Virus record (IMG/VR): IMGVR_UViG_3300032303_000869
Span: 1-52,602 of that record
Source: a virus
Lineage: Duplodnaviria; Caudoviricetes
Length of the DNA: 52,602 nucleotides
Strand: one strand, 5' to 3'
Numbering within the stretch: the stretch's first letter is position 1; each line of letters begins with the position of its first letter. Both the position numbers and the translations under genes were made by a program. Shown in pieces: positions 37,724-47,623 of the stretch. The notes beneath the pieces are model-generated. The model had not been told where the DNA came from. It worked only from the letters and a program-made list of their open reading frames with translations, and did no database searches.

Positions 37724-39319
37724 TTATTGAGATGATCTGCCTTCACCCTGTGCATTACGACCAGATATAGTTGTAGTAGAATCAGAATTGTTATTTGTTC
37801 TTTCTGCATCTCTTTGACGGTTCCCTGCCACATTAGCCCTTGTATCTGTTGCCTGTCTTGGAGACATAACAAATGGCTCATCTCCATCTGCTCTTTGTGG
37901 AAGGTCTAACTTTTCACGAGCCTCGTTTGGAGTCATAACCTGTGTCTTTACATAACGCTCAATAATTTGAGATTGAGCAATTTCATCTGTAAGGGTTAGT
38001 TCGTTAAACTTAAGTTCAAGGATATCTGTCTTTTCACGAATAAGTTTATTGACAACTTTTTCAAGATGCTTTTGTGCTGGACGAGATACTTGCTCTTTAA
38101 AGGTACGATCTTGCGATAATGCCGCTGCAATGCCAGAATCTGCTCCACCAAGTTTAGATATTGGGACTTGATGTGCAATTAGGATATCATCACGATTTTG
38201 CTTGCGATACTCTTTAAATGATCCTTCTTGAATGCCATTTTCAATTGGCTCCATTTTAAACTCAACCTTATTATTCTCGGTATCTCCAGGAAGTGGGATA
38301 TAAAGAGTTCTATGTGATTGAGACTTAAGTCCAGTTTGCAAAAATCTAAACATCTTGTCTTCACCGTCAGATGATAATTTTGCACCCTTTAGTGTTACAA
38401 TGTATCTGGGAACTGCTTTGTTTTCAAAGTAATCAATATTGTATTGTGAGGCTAATTGATCACCAATAAGTGACGGCATAGCAGCAACAATGTCTGGAAT
38501 ACCATAAAATGTATTTAGTGGAGAGTATTCTTTATAATGAATAATCTCATTTGGACGTGCATCATTAGTCATTGGGTTTGGATTTTTAGCACCAAAGTTT
38601 CTAAAATAAACTACTGAGTTTCCAATAATCTGAACAAACCCATCATGTAAGCGACGAACACGAACAGTAGTTGCGGGGATATGACCAACGTAGCCAATTT
38701 CACCAGTTACTGTTCTACCAATTTCAAGAAATCCATTTCCAGTTGCCTGAACATCTGTGTAAAATTTTTCCATAGTCTTAGTAAATGAGTCGTCATCGTT
38801 AAGGTTTTCTAGCCAATCCTTTAACTCAAGTTTCATTCTTTCAATTCTATTACGAGCACGATCAACTGCTGCTTGATCTTGATTCATTTCAAACCTAAGC
38901 ATTGTTCTATCTGCAATATCAAAACGGTATCCAAGGCCAACTACATTCTCTACCTTAGCATCAATTGCAGCATGGTTAGCAAATGATGTGTCATAGAAGT
39001 TGGCTAATTCATACATGTTATATGGTGGAGTAATTACGTCAAATAGTCCGTAACCATTTCTATATACCGTGCCAGGATTAATAGCCTTTGATCCTGCATC
39101 TACTCCAAATGGTGTAGAGTTAGCAGAATCTAAATATTCATTTGTTGCATAAGTCATTGCCTTTGTAACATTCCTTGCAGTTTTTCTACGGAAATTTTGT
39201 TCTAATCCTGTAAAATCTTTTAATGTATCCCAAGTTTTATTAAATGGATCTTGTTGTGAAAATGGATTGCCATCTTTTTCTTGTGTGTTTAATCCAACTC
39301 TTACGTATTCTTCACTCAT
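37724..39319 (-). CDS. Portal protein
   Basis: ATGNGFLEI, NEIIH, FYGIPD, YFENKAVP, MTPNEARE motifs. Likely start MSEEY at 39319. Confidence 0.93.
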   Translation of the reverse strand: MSEEYVRVGLNTQEKDGNPFSQQDPFNKTWDTLKDFTGLEQNFRRKTARNVTKAMTYATNEYLDSANSTPFGVDAGSKAINPGTVYRNGYGLFDVITPPYNMYELANFYDTSFANHAAIDAKVENVVGLGYRFDIADRTMLRFEMNQDQAAVDRARNRIERMKLELKDWLENLNDDDSFTKTMEKFYTDVQATGNGFLEIGRTVTGEIGYVGHIPATTVRVRRLHDGFVQIIGNSVVYFRNFGAKNPNPMTNDARPNEIIHYKEYSPLNTFYGIPDIVAAMPSLIGDQLASQYNIDYFENKAVPRYIVTLKGAKLSSDGEDKMFRFLQTGLKSQSHRTLYIPLPGDTENNKVEFKMEPIENGIQEGSFKEYRKQNRDDILIAHQVPISKLGGADSGIAAALSQDRTFKEQVSRPAQKHLEKVVNKLIREKTDILELKFNELTLTDEIAQSQIIERYVKTQVMTPNEAREKLDLPQRADGDEPFVMSPRQATDTRANVAGNRQRDAERTNNNSDSTTTISGRNAQGEGRSSQ

Positions 39320-39683
39320 CGCTACCATACTTATCATAGGTTTGTCGTGCTGCTACCCAAGCACCATGATCATTCATGGAAGGAATTAAACCATTTTTCA
39401 TTCTATCTAATTGTTCAGAATGCTCTTCCTCGCTAATTCTTGTAAGTCCAGGGACAAATACTGCACTTCCTTCACCATCATCACCATAATGCACGGCAAC
39501 CTTTTTTAATTCTGAAATTTTTGTAATATCTCCACGCTCTGCTGGAATATTTAATATACTACCTGTACCATCAGTAAACCAAGACCCGTTAGATTTTTTA
39601 TATACATACAAGCCCCAATTGTAATCTTTTTCTATTACTTTGCGCCGTACGTTACCAACTTTTTTAAGAATTTCATTATCCAT
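39312..39683 (-). CDS. Hypothetical protein upstream of portal
   Basis: WGLYV...WFTDG...LNIP; probably leaderless start 7 nt after TATACT. Confidence 0.7.
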   Translation of the reverse strand: MDNEILKKVGNVRRKVIEKDYNWGLYVYKKSNGSWFTDGTGSILNIPAERGDITKISELKKVAVHYGDDGEGSAVFVPGLTRISEEEHSEQLDRMKNGLIPSMNDHGAWVAARQTYDKYGSDE

Positions 39684-39690
39684 AACCATC

Positions 39691-39699
39691 AGTATACCA
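39691..39699 (-). promoter_or_regulatory. Extended -10 promoter upstream of the portal operon
   Basis: TGGTATACT. Confidence 0.65.
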
Positions 39700-39701
39700 T
39701 A

Positions 39702-42700
39702 TTACACTGCTGATGCGGTATTTATTGACCAGTTTATGTCTTTATATATTTTTATTTTGTCAGAATCTAGGCTTAAGCCATTATTATCATCAAAAATTAT
39801 TTTATTAGTTCCAAGGTATGTTTTATAAATGTCAGATGGGTCTACACCGTATATGGATGATGACCCTATTACTAAAGCCTGATTCCATGTACTACTAATA
39901 TAATTGCCCCATGTAAAATTTGTTATTCCGTCTGTTTTAATTTTTAACCAAGGTCTGGTTATTGTTTTTTGAACTTGTTGCAAACTGTTTGCCTGATAAT
40001 AAGAAATATTATTAAACAAAATTGGACCATTAATATTTATTGCCCCAAGAAAATCACCATAGTCTAGTGGGTTTGTAAAAGATATTCCTAAAGATCCCCA
40101 TTCTTTAGAGGTTAAAACTGGTTCTCTGACTATGGACCCATTCCAATAATAAACTATATCATTTAATACTTCATTATCTAAAGTACTTTTTGCAAAAATT
40201 TTTGCTCTTAAACCAGTATCGCTATCTGCTACTATATAAAATTTTATCGTATTACCTTTATAAATAATTTCAAATAACTCTGTTGGAATGGGTGGAAATT
40301 CGTTTTCAGAATATCTAATCCACATTTGAATAGCACTGACTAAATATTCTGATGACAATGTTTTATTTATTGGTAAAGAAATTCCACGACTATTTAAAGA
40401 CAAAATATCTCCACGCACCTGAATTCCAGAATCTTTTGTTAAATAAAGATATGGCGTGCTTCCTTTATAAATTGTAAAAGGATTTTTTGACTTATAGTCG
40501 TAATAAATTCCTGATCGCTTGTAAGGAAATAAATCAATGCCAAATCTAGTTCCAACTGGATTGAATGAATTATCATTAAATGCTTGAGAAGCAATTTCTA
40601 ATTTATTTAGTAAAACTGGTTTATTTAATATTCCACGGACATTAAATTCTAGGTAATAAACAATTGCTAAATCATTAAAATCAATAGTTTTTGTTGGATA
40701 AATAAGTGCATTGTTAATAACTTCAAACTTTGTAGTTTCCCAATTTGGATGCTCGTCAATATCTACAATTGAATCACGAGATACTGGCTCAAGTGTTGTA
40801 AAATTACTATCAAGCAAATTTGCTCCATTTTGTATATATTGCAATGTTACATAACTTTTAATTACAGAATTTGAAGTATCATACTTATATATTTTTTTAG
40901 CATTTTGCAATACATCTAAATAATTATTCCAGCCAGTTAGCAATTGATTGTCAAAGTCATAATATGTTTTTTGTACTGGCTGATAATATGTTTTATATAA
41001 ATCTTTGTATGTCCAAGATGAAACTGTTTCTTCTTCTATTAAATTTGTTGGAGATGGAGATCCGATATTAAATTGTAAAAAATCTAAATCATAAATTTGA
41101 TTACCAGAACTATCAGATACATATTGTGCAAAATAAGATAATGGAAGGTAATCTTGCCACGATCCAGAAACTCCTATATCTAAAAAGTATTTTCCATAAG
41201 ATTCTAGTGGCAAAAGAGTATAACTTGCTAAATGCTCAACTAATGCAATTGCATTTTCTTCCTCTATAACCCCACTTACAGATAAATCATCAAATATTGC
41301 AATGCCATCGTTATTAAAATAATTAGAAATTAACAAAGAATTTTTTAATGTTGAAAAACCAACTGAATAAATTCTTCCTAAAAATGTTTTAGATAGTGAT
41401 CCGTCACCACCAATGTATAATTTTAAAAAACTTCTATTACCAAAAAAGGCAGCAAGATTTCCGCCATAGGTATTTACTAAAGAATTTATATTAATTCCAG
41501 CAGAGAATAGTTGATTGTTTTCAATTATTTCTGAAGTATAAATATTTTCATTTACTCCATTATAATTTAAAACATAAGAAATTACATCATTATTTTGTTC
41601 AATTAAAAAATAGTTTCCATTAATTGAGTTATAAATTTTAAATAATGTCTGAACAGAATCAAGATTGTTATTACTAAAGACTCCATAAAAATTAGTAATT
41701 TGACTATTTAAAATATTAAAATTATTAAAATTAAAATAACAAATTTTTGTATTCCACGAATTATTTGGTCTAAAAGTAATAAATTTATAATTATTTGTTG
41801 GGCCAGACTCTTCATCTTGAATTAACTCATTGTCAGAATATAGTTGTTCAATAGTTTTATCTGATGTATATATTTCTGGCAAGTTGTATTGTGGAGTTCT
41901 TAATGTTTTTTGTGTAGTTGTTAAGTTATCAAAAGATCCTTGTTGCCATTCAGCAAAATCTGGATAATTGTAATTGGCTGTATAATCTGCAAACTGATAA
42001 TCAATAAATGCTGTAGTACCTGCATATGCTGAGTTAATTCCTTCTGGAGATACCACTCCTTGTCCATATACCCATCTTCTTTTTGTAACACTTATTGGAA
42101 CCTGGTATGAATATATTGCAATACAATCAATATTTATAGGATTTATATCTTCATAAGAATAAAATCCTAACCAATCTTGACTTTTATTTAATTCGTTATA
42201 TTCTTCTGGTAATTGCAATTTACTTGTTTCTATATTTAACAGTGCAACTTCTTCACCATTAACAACCAATGTAGCAGAATTATTGGTTAATCTTATTTGA
42301 ATAAGCATTGGTCTAAACCATTCACCAACAAAGTGTGAAGCAAAACTGTTATCAATTTTTAAAGTTAGAAATCCATTATCTACATAAAGTCCATCATCTG
42401 AAGCAATTGGACCAAATATTTTTTTAGATATTGAAGAATCAGAGTTTATTTTTAACCAAAACTCTACAGTATAGTTTTTATATTGACCAACTTTATTTAA
42501 AAACCCTTTACCTGGAATAATTAAAGATGGCTCTTCGTTTGGATTTGGAGTAATTGTTGTAACATTTGATGATCCATAAACTAGTGGGATGCTAGTATTT
42601 TTTGCAAGCAATCTATTATTTGCAACCAATAAATAAGCAACATCTTCAGATAAGCCATATGCTGAATAAGGTACTGCTTGTGTTGAACTTAATGCTATTG

Positions 42701-43334
42701 TTGATGGTAATGAAGTTGGTGTTAGTCCAAGTGATGAATAGTTAAACTCTTCAGACCATTGACCAACACTGACTCCATTTATATAATATAAATAGTCTAA
42801 AGGAGTTGTTCCACCACTTTTTGATGTAATTTTTATAACTACCCGTAAATCTGTATTTTCTGTAACAACCTCAAATGTTTCAGAAATAAAAATCCATTTT
42901 TTTGTAGACGTTATTGGATATGTTTTTAATTTTTGAACTATAGATGCAGTTGTTGTATCGGTATATTCAAAACCAATAGAAACGGATTCTGCTGACTCAC
43001 TATCAATATATATATGACTTCCTATGCAAAAAGTACCCATATCACTATTTAAATTTGAAAAATTTATTAAATCTGGGCTAATACAAACAATATTCCCTGT
43101 GCTAGAAACAGGAACGCTACCCAATAACTTATTTACTTCTACTGTAGAAAATGGAGCGTTAACATCTGATGTTTCTAGAGATGCATTTCCTCCAGTTACC
43201 GTCCAATAACTATTTATATCTTGATAATCTAAATCTATTAAACTAATGTAGTCAATTGCACCATCCAGGGCCCACAAGGCTAGTGGGTGTTCTGCAAATA
43301 TTTTTTCTGCATACAAGTTTGATGGGGTAGACAT
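39702..43334 (-). CDS. Large virion-associated protein with LamG/concanavalin-like domains
   Basis: 1210 aa; N-terminal YAEKIFAEHPLALWALD and YTVEFWLK LamG-like motifs; Asn/Ser/Ile-rich beta composition. Confidence 0.65.
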   Translation of the reverse strand: MSTPSNLYAEKIFAEHPLALWALDGAIDYISLIDLDYQDINSYWTVTGGNASLETSDVNAPFSTVEVNKLLGSVPVSSTGNIVCISPDLINFSNLNSDMGTFCIGSHIYIDSESAESVSIGFEYTDTTTASIVQKLKTYPITSTKKWIFISETFEVVTENTDLRVVIKITSKSGGTTPLDYLYYINGVSVGQWSEEFNYSSLGLTPTSLPSTIALSSTQAVPYSAYGLSEDVAYLLVANNRLLAKNTSIPLVYGSSNVTTITPNPNEEPSLIIPGKGFLNKVGQYKNYTVEFWLKINSDSSISKKIFGPIASDDGLYVDNGFLTLKIDNSFASHFVGEWFRPMLIQIRLTNNSATLVVNGEEVALLNIETSKLQLPEEYNELNKSQDWLGFYSYEDINPINIDCIAIYSYQVPISVTKRRWVYGQGVVSPEGINSAYAGTTAFIDYQFADYTANYNYPDFAEWQQGSFDNLTTTQKTLRTPQYNLPEIYTSDKTIEQLYSDNELIQDEESGPTNNYKFITFRPNNSWNTKICYFNFNNFNILNSQITNFYGVFSNNNLDSVQTLFKIYNSINGNYFLIEQNNDVISYVLNYNGVNENIYTSEIIENNQLFSAGININSLVNTYGGNLAAFFGNRSFLKLYIGGDGSLSKTFLGRIYSVGFSTLKNSLLISNYFNNDGIAIFDDLSVSGVIEEENAIALVEHLASYTLLPLESYGKYFLDIGVSGSWQDYLPLSYFAQYVSDSSGNQIYDLDFLQFNIGSPSPTNLIEEETVSSWTYKDLYKTYYQPVQKTYYDFDNQLLTGWNNYLDVLQNAKKIYKYDTSNSVIKSYVTLQYIQNGANLLDSNFTTLEPVSRDSIVDIDEHPNWETTKFEVINNALIYPTKTIDFNDLAIVYYLEFNVRGILNKPVLLNKLEIASQAFNDNSFNPVGTRFGIDLFPYKRSGIYYDYKSKNPFTIYKGSTPYLYLTKDSGIQVRGDILSLNSRGISLPINKTLSSEYLVSAIQMWIRYSENEFPPIPTELFEIIYKGNTIKFYIVADSDTGLRAKIFAKSTLDNEVLNDIVYYWNGSIVREPVLTSKEWGSLGISFTNPLDYGDFLGAININGPILFNNISYYQANSLQQVQKTITRPWLKIKTDGITNFTWGNYISSTWNQALVIGSSSIYGVDPSDIYKTYLGTNKIIFDDNNGLSLDSDKIKIYKDINWSINTASAV

Positions 43335-43351
43335 AGTTCTCCTATCCCCTT

Positions 43352-43360
43352 ATTATAGCA
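43352..43360 (-). promoter_or_regulatory. Extended -10 promoter at the start of the virion module
   Basis: TGCTATAAT within an inverted repeat. Confidence 0.7.
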
Positions 43361-43369
43361 GGGAGAGAA

Positions 43370-45400
43370 CTAATATAATTTAATTTCGCATGCGTCTGTT
43401 GAGCAGTATTTTTCAGATTCAGCATCAAGATTATCTTTGCCATCATAAATAGCAGACCAATCAATTTTACCAATTGTTCCAACATACGAGTTATACTCTT
43501 CTTTTGTTATTTGGGTATATGGCTGTTGAGGATATGTTTGATTACCCATTGGTAAAAATGATACTGCCTTAAGTTGACCTTCGTACATATGAAGTGCTGG
43601 AGCAACATGTTTAGTTTCTAACTCTTTATCAAATGAAAGAGTTACAGATACTCCATTATCAGACCAATATTTTTGAGCAGTTGCTGCCAAACCAATTTTT
43701 TCAAAAAGACTTACATCTTTTTCAGATCTTGGATGTCCAGATGCTACTGGGAAATATACAACTGATGTGTTTGCTGATACTAGATCTGCTTCAATTTTAT
43801 ACCCTGCTGCTTTAAATAAATGAAGCATTGGGTCTGTATTTCCAAACCTAATAGCACGAAGATAGAATGCTCCTCCAGGACCCCAATGAACTCCAGGTGT
43901 TGCGCCAGAAAGTAGTGACACAGAGCCAGAAGGTTTAACGGTAGTTACACGAATTGACTCACGTACACATAGCCATTCTGAGTATGAGTGATCGTATGCA
44001 CGAATTTTTTTATAACCTTCGTCCATCCATTCACGAATTACTGGAATACCTTTTGTATCTGCAAATGACGCAATGCCAGTCAAAGATGTTCCAATACGAC
44101 GATTACGTTGCATAATTCCATTTGTGGTTTGCCAATGTGTTGGCATTAATGTAACGGTTTTGCCATATAGGTATGCAAACTTTAATGTACGAAGAAAGTC
44201 TTCTTTGTCTTCATGACGATTCAAATGAACTTCTACAAGTGTGCATAGTTCATAACTTTCCAATGGCTGTTCAGCACAAGGGTTAAACCCCATAACACGA
44301 GAATCTTTATAGTCTGGAGCGTCTGCTAATCTTCCATACTCTCTAGCAACATCTAGCCAAATAAATCCTGGCTCTCCATTATCTGCAATTAAGTTAACAT
44401 AATCTTCATACTTTGTTCCAACTTCTGCAGAGATAGAGTTATTGGACATCCAAGCCCATCCTGGATTTTTTGAATCAAATGAATTTCTATCTGGAAAAAC
44501 CTCTGCATTTTTTAAATTAATAAAATCTTTATCTTCTGGCATTCCTAAAGCCAAGGTAGCAGAACGACGAACATTTCCAGAAACAACACATGTACCAATA
44601 AGATTTATAATATCTACAATTGCACGAGAGTCAAGTTTTTCTCCTGCTCTGCCACCAATGACTGTGTTGATTTTATCGTGTAGTGCAATGAGTGGTGCTG
44701 GACCGCTAGCAACCCCTCCAAAGCCTTTTATAGGGGCACCTAGAGGACGGATAAGGTCATAGTTAAACTTTTGTATAGCCTGATTAGGACGTAAATATGA
44801 GTTTAAAAGCATTCTGACAGAATCTACCCAGCCTTCGCGGGTGTCTGGAATTTCCCATACATTTTCTGGTTCTGTAGGAGTGTAAATCATCATTTCTTTG
44901 TCTTGACCAACGGTATCAAAACCAACTCCAATACCAAGCATTAATGCATCCATTACCCAAGCGAATAGGGCTCCTGGATCATTACGATCAATATCACGAG
45001 TAGATACCATTGCACAATTTTGCAATGAAGCAGAGTTGCGCTTTTCCATAGTCATAGGAGTTCCAAATGCCCATAAGCCACGACCTGGCGGAGTCCACTT
45101 TAGTTCAAACATTCTTTGAAAGGCTTCTTGAGCAGATTTTTGTGCTTTATTGTCATTCCATGGAAGACGATTATCTTTAGCATGATTCTTTTGTACTGAG
45201 TACATACCTTCAATTACTCTACGACATACTTCATGCCAGCGTTCTTTTGTACCGTCTTCTTTCATGCGTGAATAGGTACGTATAAAGGTTATCTCACCAA
45301 GAGAATTTGATCCAGCATCTGAGAATCCAAATGGAGGCTCTACATCTTTATATTTTGTTACAAAATCTTCTAATAAACGAAAAGAAAATACGTCTGACAT
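43370..45400 (-). CDS. nrdJ: Class II (adenosylcobalamin-dependent) ribonucleotide reductase, monomeric RTPR-type
   Basis: PPGRGLW, SLQNC, VVSGNVRRSA, GFNPCAEQ thiyl motif, TTVKPSG, C-terminal CSTDAC. Likely start MSDVF at 45400. Confidence 0.93.
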   Translation of the reverse strand: MSDVFSFRLLEDFVTKYKDVEPPFGFSDAGSNSLGEITFIRTYSRMKEDGTKERWHEVCRRVIEGMYSVQKNHAKDNRLPWNDNKAQKSAQEAFQRMFELKWTPPGRGLWAFGTPMTMEKRNSASLQNCAMVSTRDIDRNDPGALFAWVMDALMLGIGVGFDTVGQDKEMMIYTPTEPENVWEIPDTREGWVDSVRMLLNSYLRPNQAIQKFNYDLIRPLGAPIKGFGGVASGPAPLIALHDKINTVIGGRAGEKLDSRAIVDIINLIGTCVVSGNVRRSATLALGMPEDKDFINLKNAEVFPDRNSFDSKNPGWAWMSNNSISAEVGTKYEDYVNLIADNGEPGFIWLDVAREYGRLADAPDYKDSRVMGFNPCAEQPLESYELCTLVEVHLNRHEDKEDFLRTLKFAYLYGKTVTLMPTHWQTTNGIMQRNRRIGTSLTGIASFADTKGIPVIREWMDEGYKKIRAYDHSYSEWLCVRESIRVTTVKPSGSVSLLSGATPGVHWGPGGAFYLRAIRFGNTDPMLHLFKAAGYKIEADLVSANTSVVYFPVASGHPRSEKDVSLFEKIGLAATAQKYWSDNGVSVTLSFDKELETKHVAPALHMYEGQLKAVSFLPMGNQTYPQQPYTQITKEEYNSYVGTIGKIDWSAIYDGKDNLDAESEKYCSTDACEIKLY

Positions 45401-45425
45401 TTCATTACCTTTCAAAAATTAACCT

Positions 45426-45452
45426 GAGTACTTTTAGTTTTATAAAGTACTC
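45426..45452. promoter_or_regulatory. Inverted repeat in the nrdJ leader
   Basis: GAGTACTTT-9 nt-AAAGTACTC immediately downstream of TGGTATACT (45456-45464). Confidence 0.55.
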
Positions 45453-45455
45453 CAA

Positions 45456-45464
45456 AGTATACCA
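45456..45464 (-). promoter_or_regulatory. Extended -10 promoter of nrdJ
   Basis: TGGTATACT. Confidence 0.65.
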
Positions 45465-45558
45465 TGTTTTACAATCAAGATTAACTATAAAACAAAAAGT
45501 CTATATCTTATCTTAATCTTTAGTCTTTTTAAATTTTAATAAAATATAGAATTATTTA

Positions 45559-46278
45559 TTAATTTAAAATACCCCATTCTTTTCTTTTTTCTTCTAACAT
45601 AATCTCATAATTTTTTGATATTTTATCAATTAATTCTTTTGCATTTTTATTAATAAAATTTTCAACAAGATTTTTTGTTAACTGGTATTCTTCAGAATTT
45701 TGTTCTTCAATTGGATATGAGTGATTTGTGGGATAAGCGTCTAATGTAACTCTAAGTAAATCTGTTTTTTCTAAAGTTTTTATAACTTCATTTTTATTAA
45801 ATTTTATTGTTTTAGTTTTTACATTGTTTTTATTCACTAATAAATTAAAAATTTTTTCTTCATTGTTATTAAAAATTTCTATTGGAACATTTATTACATT
45901 TATATATATTTTATTTAAATTAAAATATAACATAAAATTATATATTTCATTAAAAAGATAAAGTTTGTTATATGACAATTCAATAAAATTTTTATCTGTC
46001 ATCATTAAAGAAGAAACAATTGCTAAAAAAGTTTTACGTAATGGAACAATATGTATAACATTTTTATTATGTAAATATATACCATCAATAGAATACATTG
46101 TTGGATTGTGCAGTCTTTTCCACCGAATATGAACAATAGAATTTCGATTAAGTGTCATAAAATAAAAACACTGTCTTGTGTAGTTTGTTGAACACCTTCT
46201 TGGTCCATCTATAAAAAATATTTTATTTGATGCTTTTTGTGTTTTTTTAATAAAATTATTATAGTTCTCGATTTCCAT
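45559..46278 (-). CDS. Degenerate sulfotransferase-like (P-loop) protein
   Basis: FIDGPRRCSTNY resembles the 5'-PSB motif (GxPRSGT); IVPLRKTFLAIVS resembles the 3'-PB motif (RDP...VS). Extremely AT-rich. Confidence 0.45.
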   Translation of the reverse strand: MEIENYNNFIKKTQKASNKIFFIDGPRRCSTNYTRQCFYFMTLNRNSIVHIRWKRLHNPTMYSIDGIYLHNKNVIHIVPLRKTFLAIVSSLMMTDKNFIELSYNKLYLFNEIYNFMLYFNLNKIYINVINVPIEIFNNNEEKIFNLLVNKNNVKTKTIKFNKNEVIKTLEKTDLLRVTLDAYPTNHSYPIEEQNSEEYQLTKNLVENFINKNAKELIDKISKNYEIMLEEKRKEWGILN

Positions 46279-46290
46279 TTTATGTAAAGG

Positions 46291-46917
46291 TTATTCTTTT
46301 TTTAATGTATAACATACGTTTAAAACACACCTAAATTGTTTTTTATTTGTTGTGTGATTAGAGTGAAATTGATGTCCATTAAATCTTACAGCCTTACCTG
46401 CTTTAGGAGAAATTCTTTTTATTATTTTTGCATCATCTAAATTGTCTCCAAGCCATTTATCATAAAAAACAGTGTCGCCATCAACATCATGAAGATAATA
46501 TAAAAATACATCATGTTTTAAAATTGTATCAACATGTGCATAGTGTAAATTGTTTTCATTATCTGTTCCAGTAATGGCTATTCTTGATCTTAAAATTTTA
46601 TCATATTTTATATTATGTTTATTACAAAATTTATCAAAAATATCTTTAAAATCTTTTAACTCTAAATCACCTAAAACCATAAAAAATGGTTTAGAGTCTT
46701 TGTTATTAAACGCCAAAGGTGTTTGTGCATATGGAAATACTTCTGAATATTTATCATTAATAATTTCAATACCATTAGTTACCCTCCATTTTGGCAATGG
46801 GGTTTCTTTATATCCATTATTTGTAAATATTTTTTCAATAAACTGCATTTGATCATTTTTTGTTAAAAAATTATCATCTTCTATAATATACTCTTCTGAT
46901 TTATTAAAATTTTCCAT
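46291..46917 (-). CDS. 2OG-Fe(II) oxygenase
   Basis: HVD...FLYYL...GDTVF...PKAGKAVRFNG...HS...FRCVLN. Confidence 0.8.
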   Translation of the reverse strand: MENFNKSEEYIIEDDNFLTKNDQMQFIEKIFTNNGYKETPLPKWRVTNGIEIINDKYSEVFPYAQTPLAFNNKDSKPFFMVLGDLELKDFKDIFDKFCNKHNIKYDKILRSRIAITGTDNENNLHYAHVDTILKHDVFLYYLHDVDGDTVFYDKWLGDNLDDAKIIKRISPKAGKAVRFNGHQFHSNHTTNKKQFRCVLNVCYTLKKE

Positions 46918-46942
46918 AATATTCTCCTTTGTTAATTATACT

Positions 46943-47623
46943 CTACTCTTGTCCAGTAGAATATCTTTTATTTTCTTCTGTTAAGTTATGATACCAATTT
47001 GGTAACGCATATCTTGGACCTTTTGTTACTGGATAAACTTCGTGAACATATAAAAAATTTGATGGAAAAAATAAGATACTTCCAGCCTTTGGTTTAAATT
47101 TTATTCCAGAATGTCTGAATTCAATCTCTCCTCCCTCATAATCATCATTTAAATAAAGAAGTACAGATAGAACACGGCTACTAACACCTTGATCTTGATG
47201 TGCTGGAAGATGTCCAGATTTATCATATTTTAATATATGCATAGTTTCTTCTCTAGATTTAATGACTCTACCAGCAAATGGGTACAATGTGTTTGAATAA
47301 TGATCTAAAGTTTTTTCTAATGCCCCAAATAACTCAGAAGAAATTTTTACTTGTTCTTTAAAATATGGATCTTGTTTAGAGATATCTTTAACCTGTGGAA
47401 TAAATTTTTGCCAACAAAACATTAACTGGTCATCACCTTCTCCATAAGTCCATTTAATCCATGGCTTTATGCTAGTATTTTTTTCTTGTTTATCATTTAA
47501 ATAGCGTAACTCAAGTTTTTCTATTTCTTTTATAATTTCTTGAGGATTATCAATTATATTTTTATAATAAACAAGTCCAAGATCTAAAATTTCAAAATCA
47601 AAGTTTTGTAAGTGGGTGCTCAT
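46943..47623 (-). CDS. Prolyl 4-hydroxylase-like 2OG-Fe(II) oxygenase
   Basis: HQD...LLYLNDDYEGGEIEF...KPKAGSILFFPS...HEVYPVTKGPRY. Confidence 0.9.
   Translation of the reverse strand: MSTHLQNFDFEILDLGLVYYKNIIDNPQEIIKEIEKLELRYLNDKQEKNTSIKPWIKWTYGEGDDQLMFCWQKFIPQVKDISKQDPYFKEQVKISSELFGALEKTLDHYSNTLYPFAGRVIKSREETMHILKYDKSGHLPAHQDQGVSSRVLSVLLYLNDDYEGGEIEFRHSGIKFKPKAGSILFFPSNFLYVHEVYPVTKGPRYALPNWYHNLTEENKRYSTGQE

Noticed and set aside
9811-38385. Short alternative-frame minus-strand ORFs inside dnaE, capsid, protease and portal genes
   Set aside because: Fully nested, 60-85 aa, no recognisable motifs; expected by chance.
1378-45400. Inteins or introns in terL, recA, dnaE, dnaB or nrdJ
   Set aside because: Protein lengths are normal, motifs are contiguous, and no splicing or LAGLIDADG blocks were seen.
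45401-45558. Cobalamin riboswitch or NrdR box upstream of nrdJ
   Set aside because: The leader is only about 50 nt and AT-rich, with no B12-box or NrdR consensus that I could recognise.
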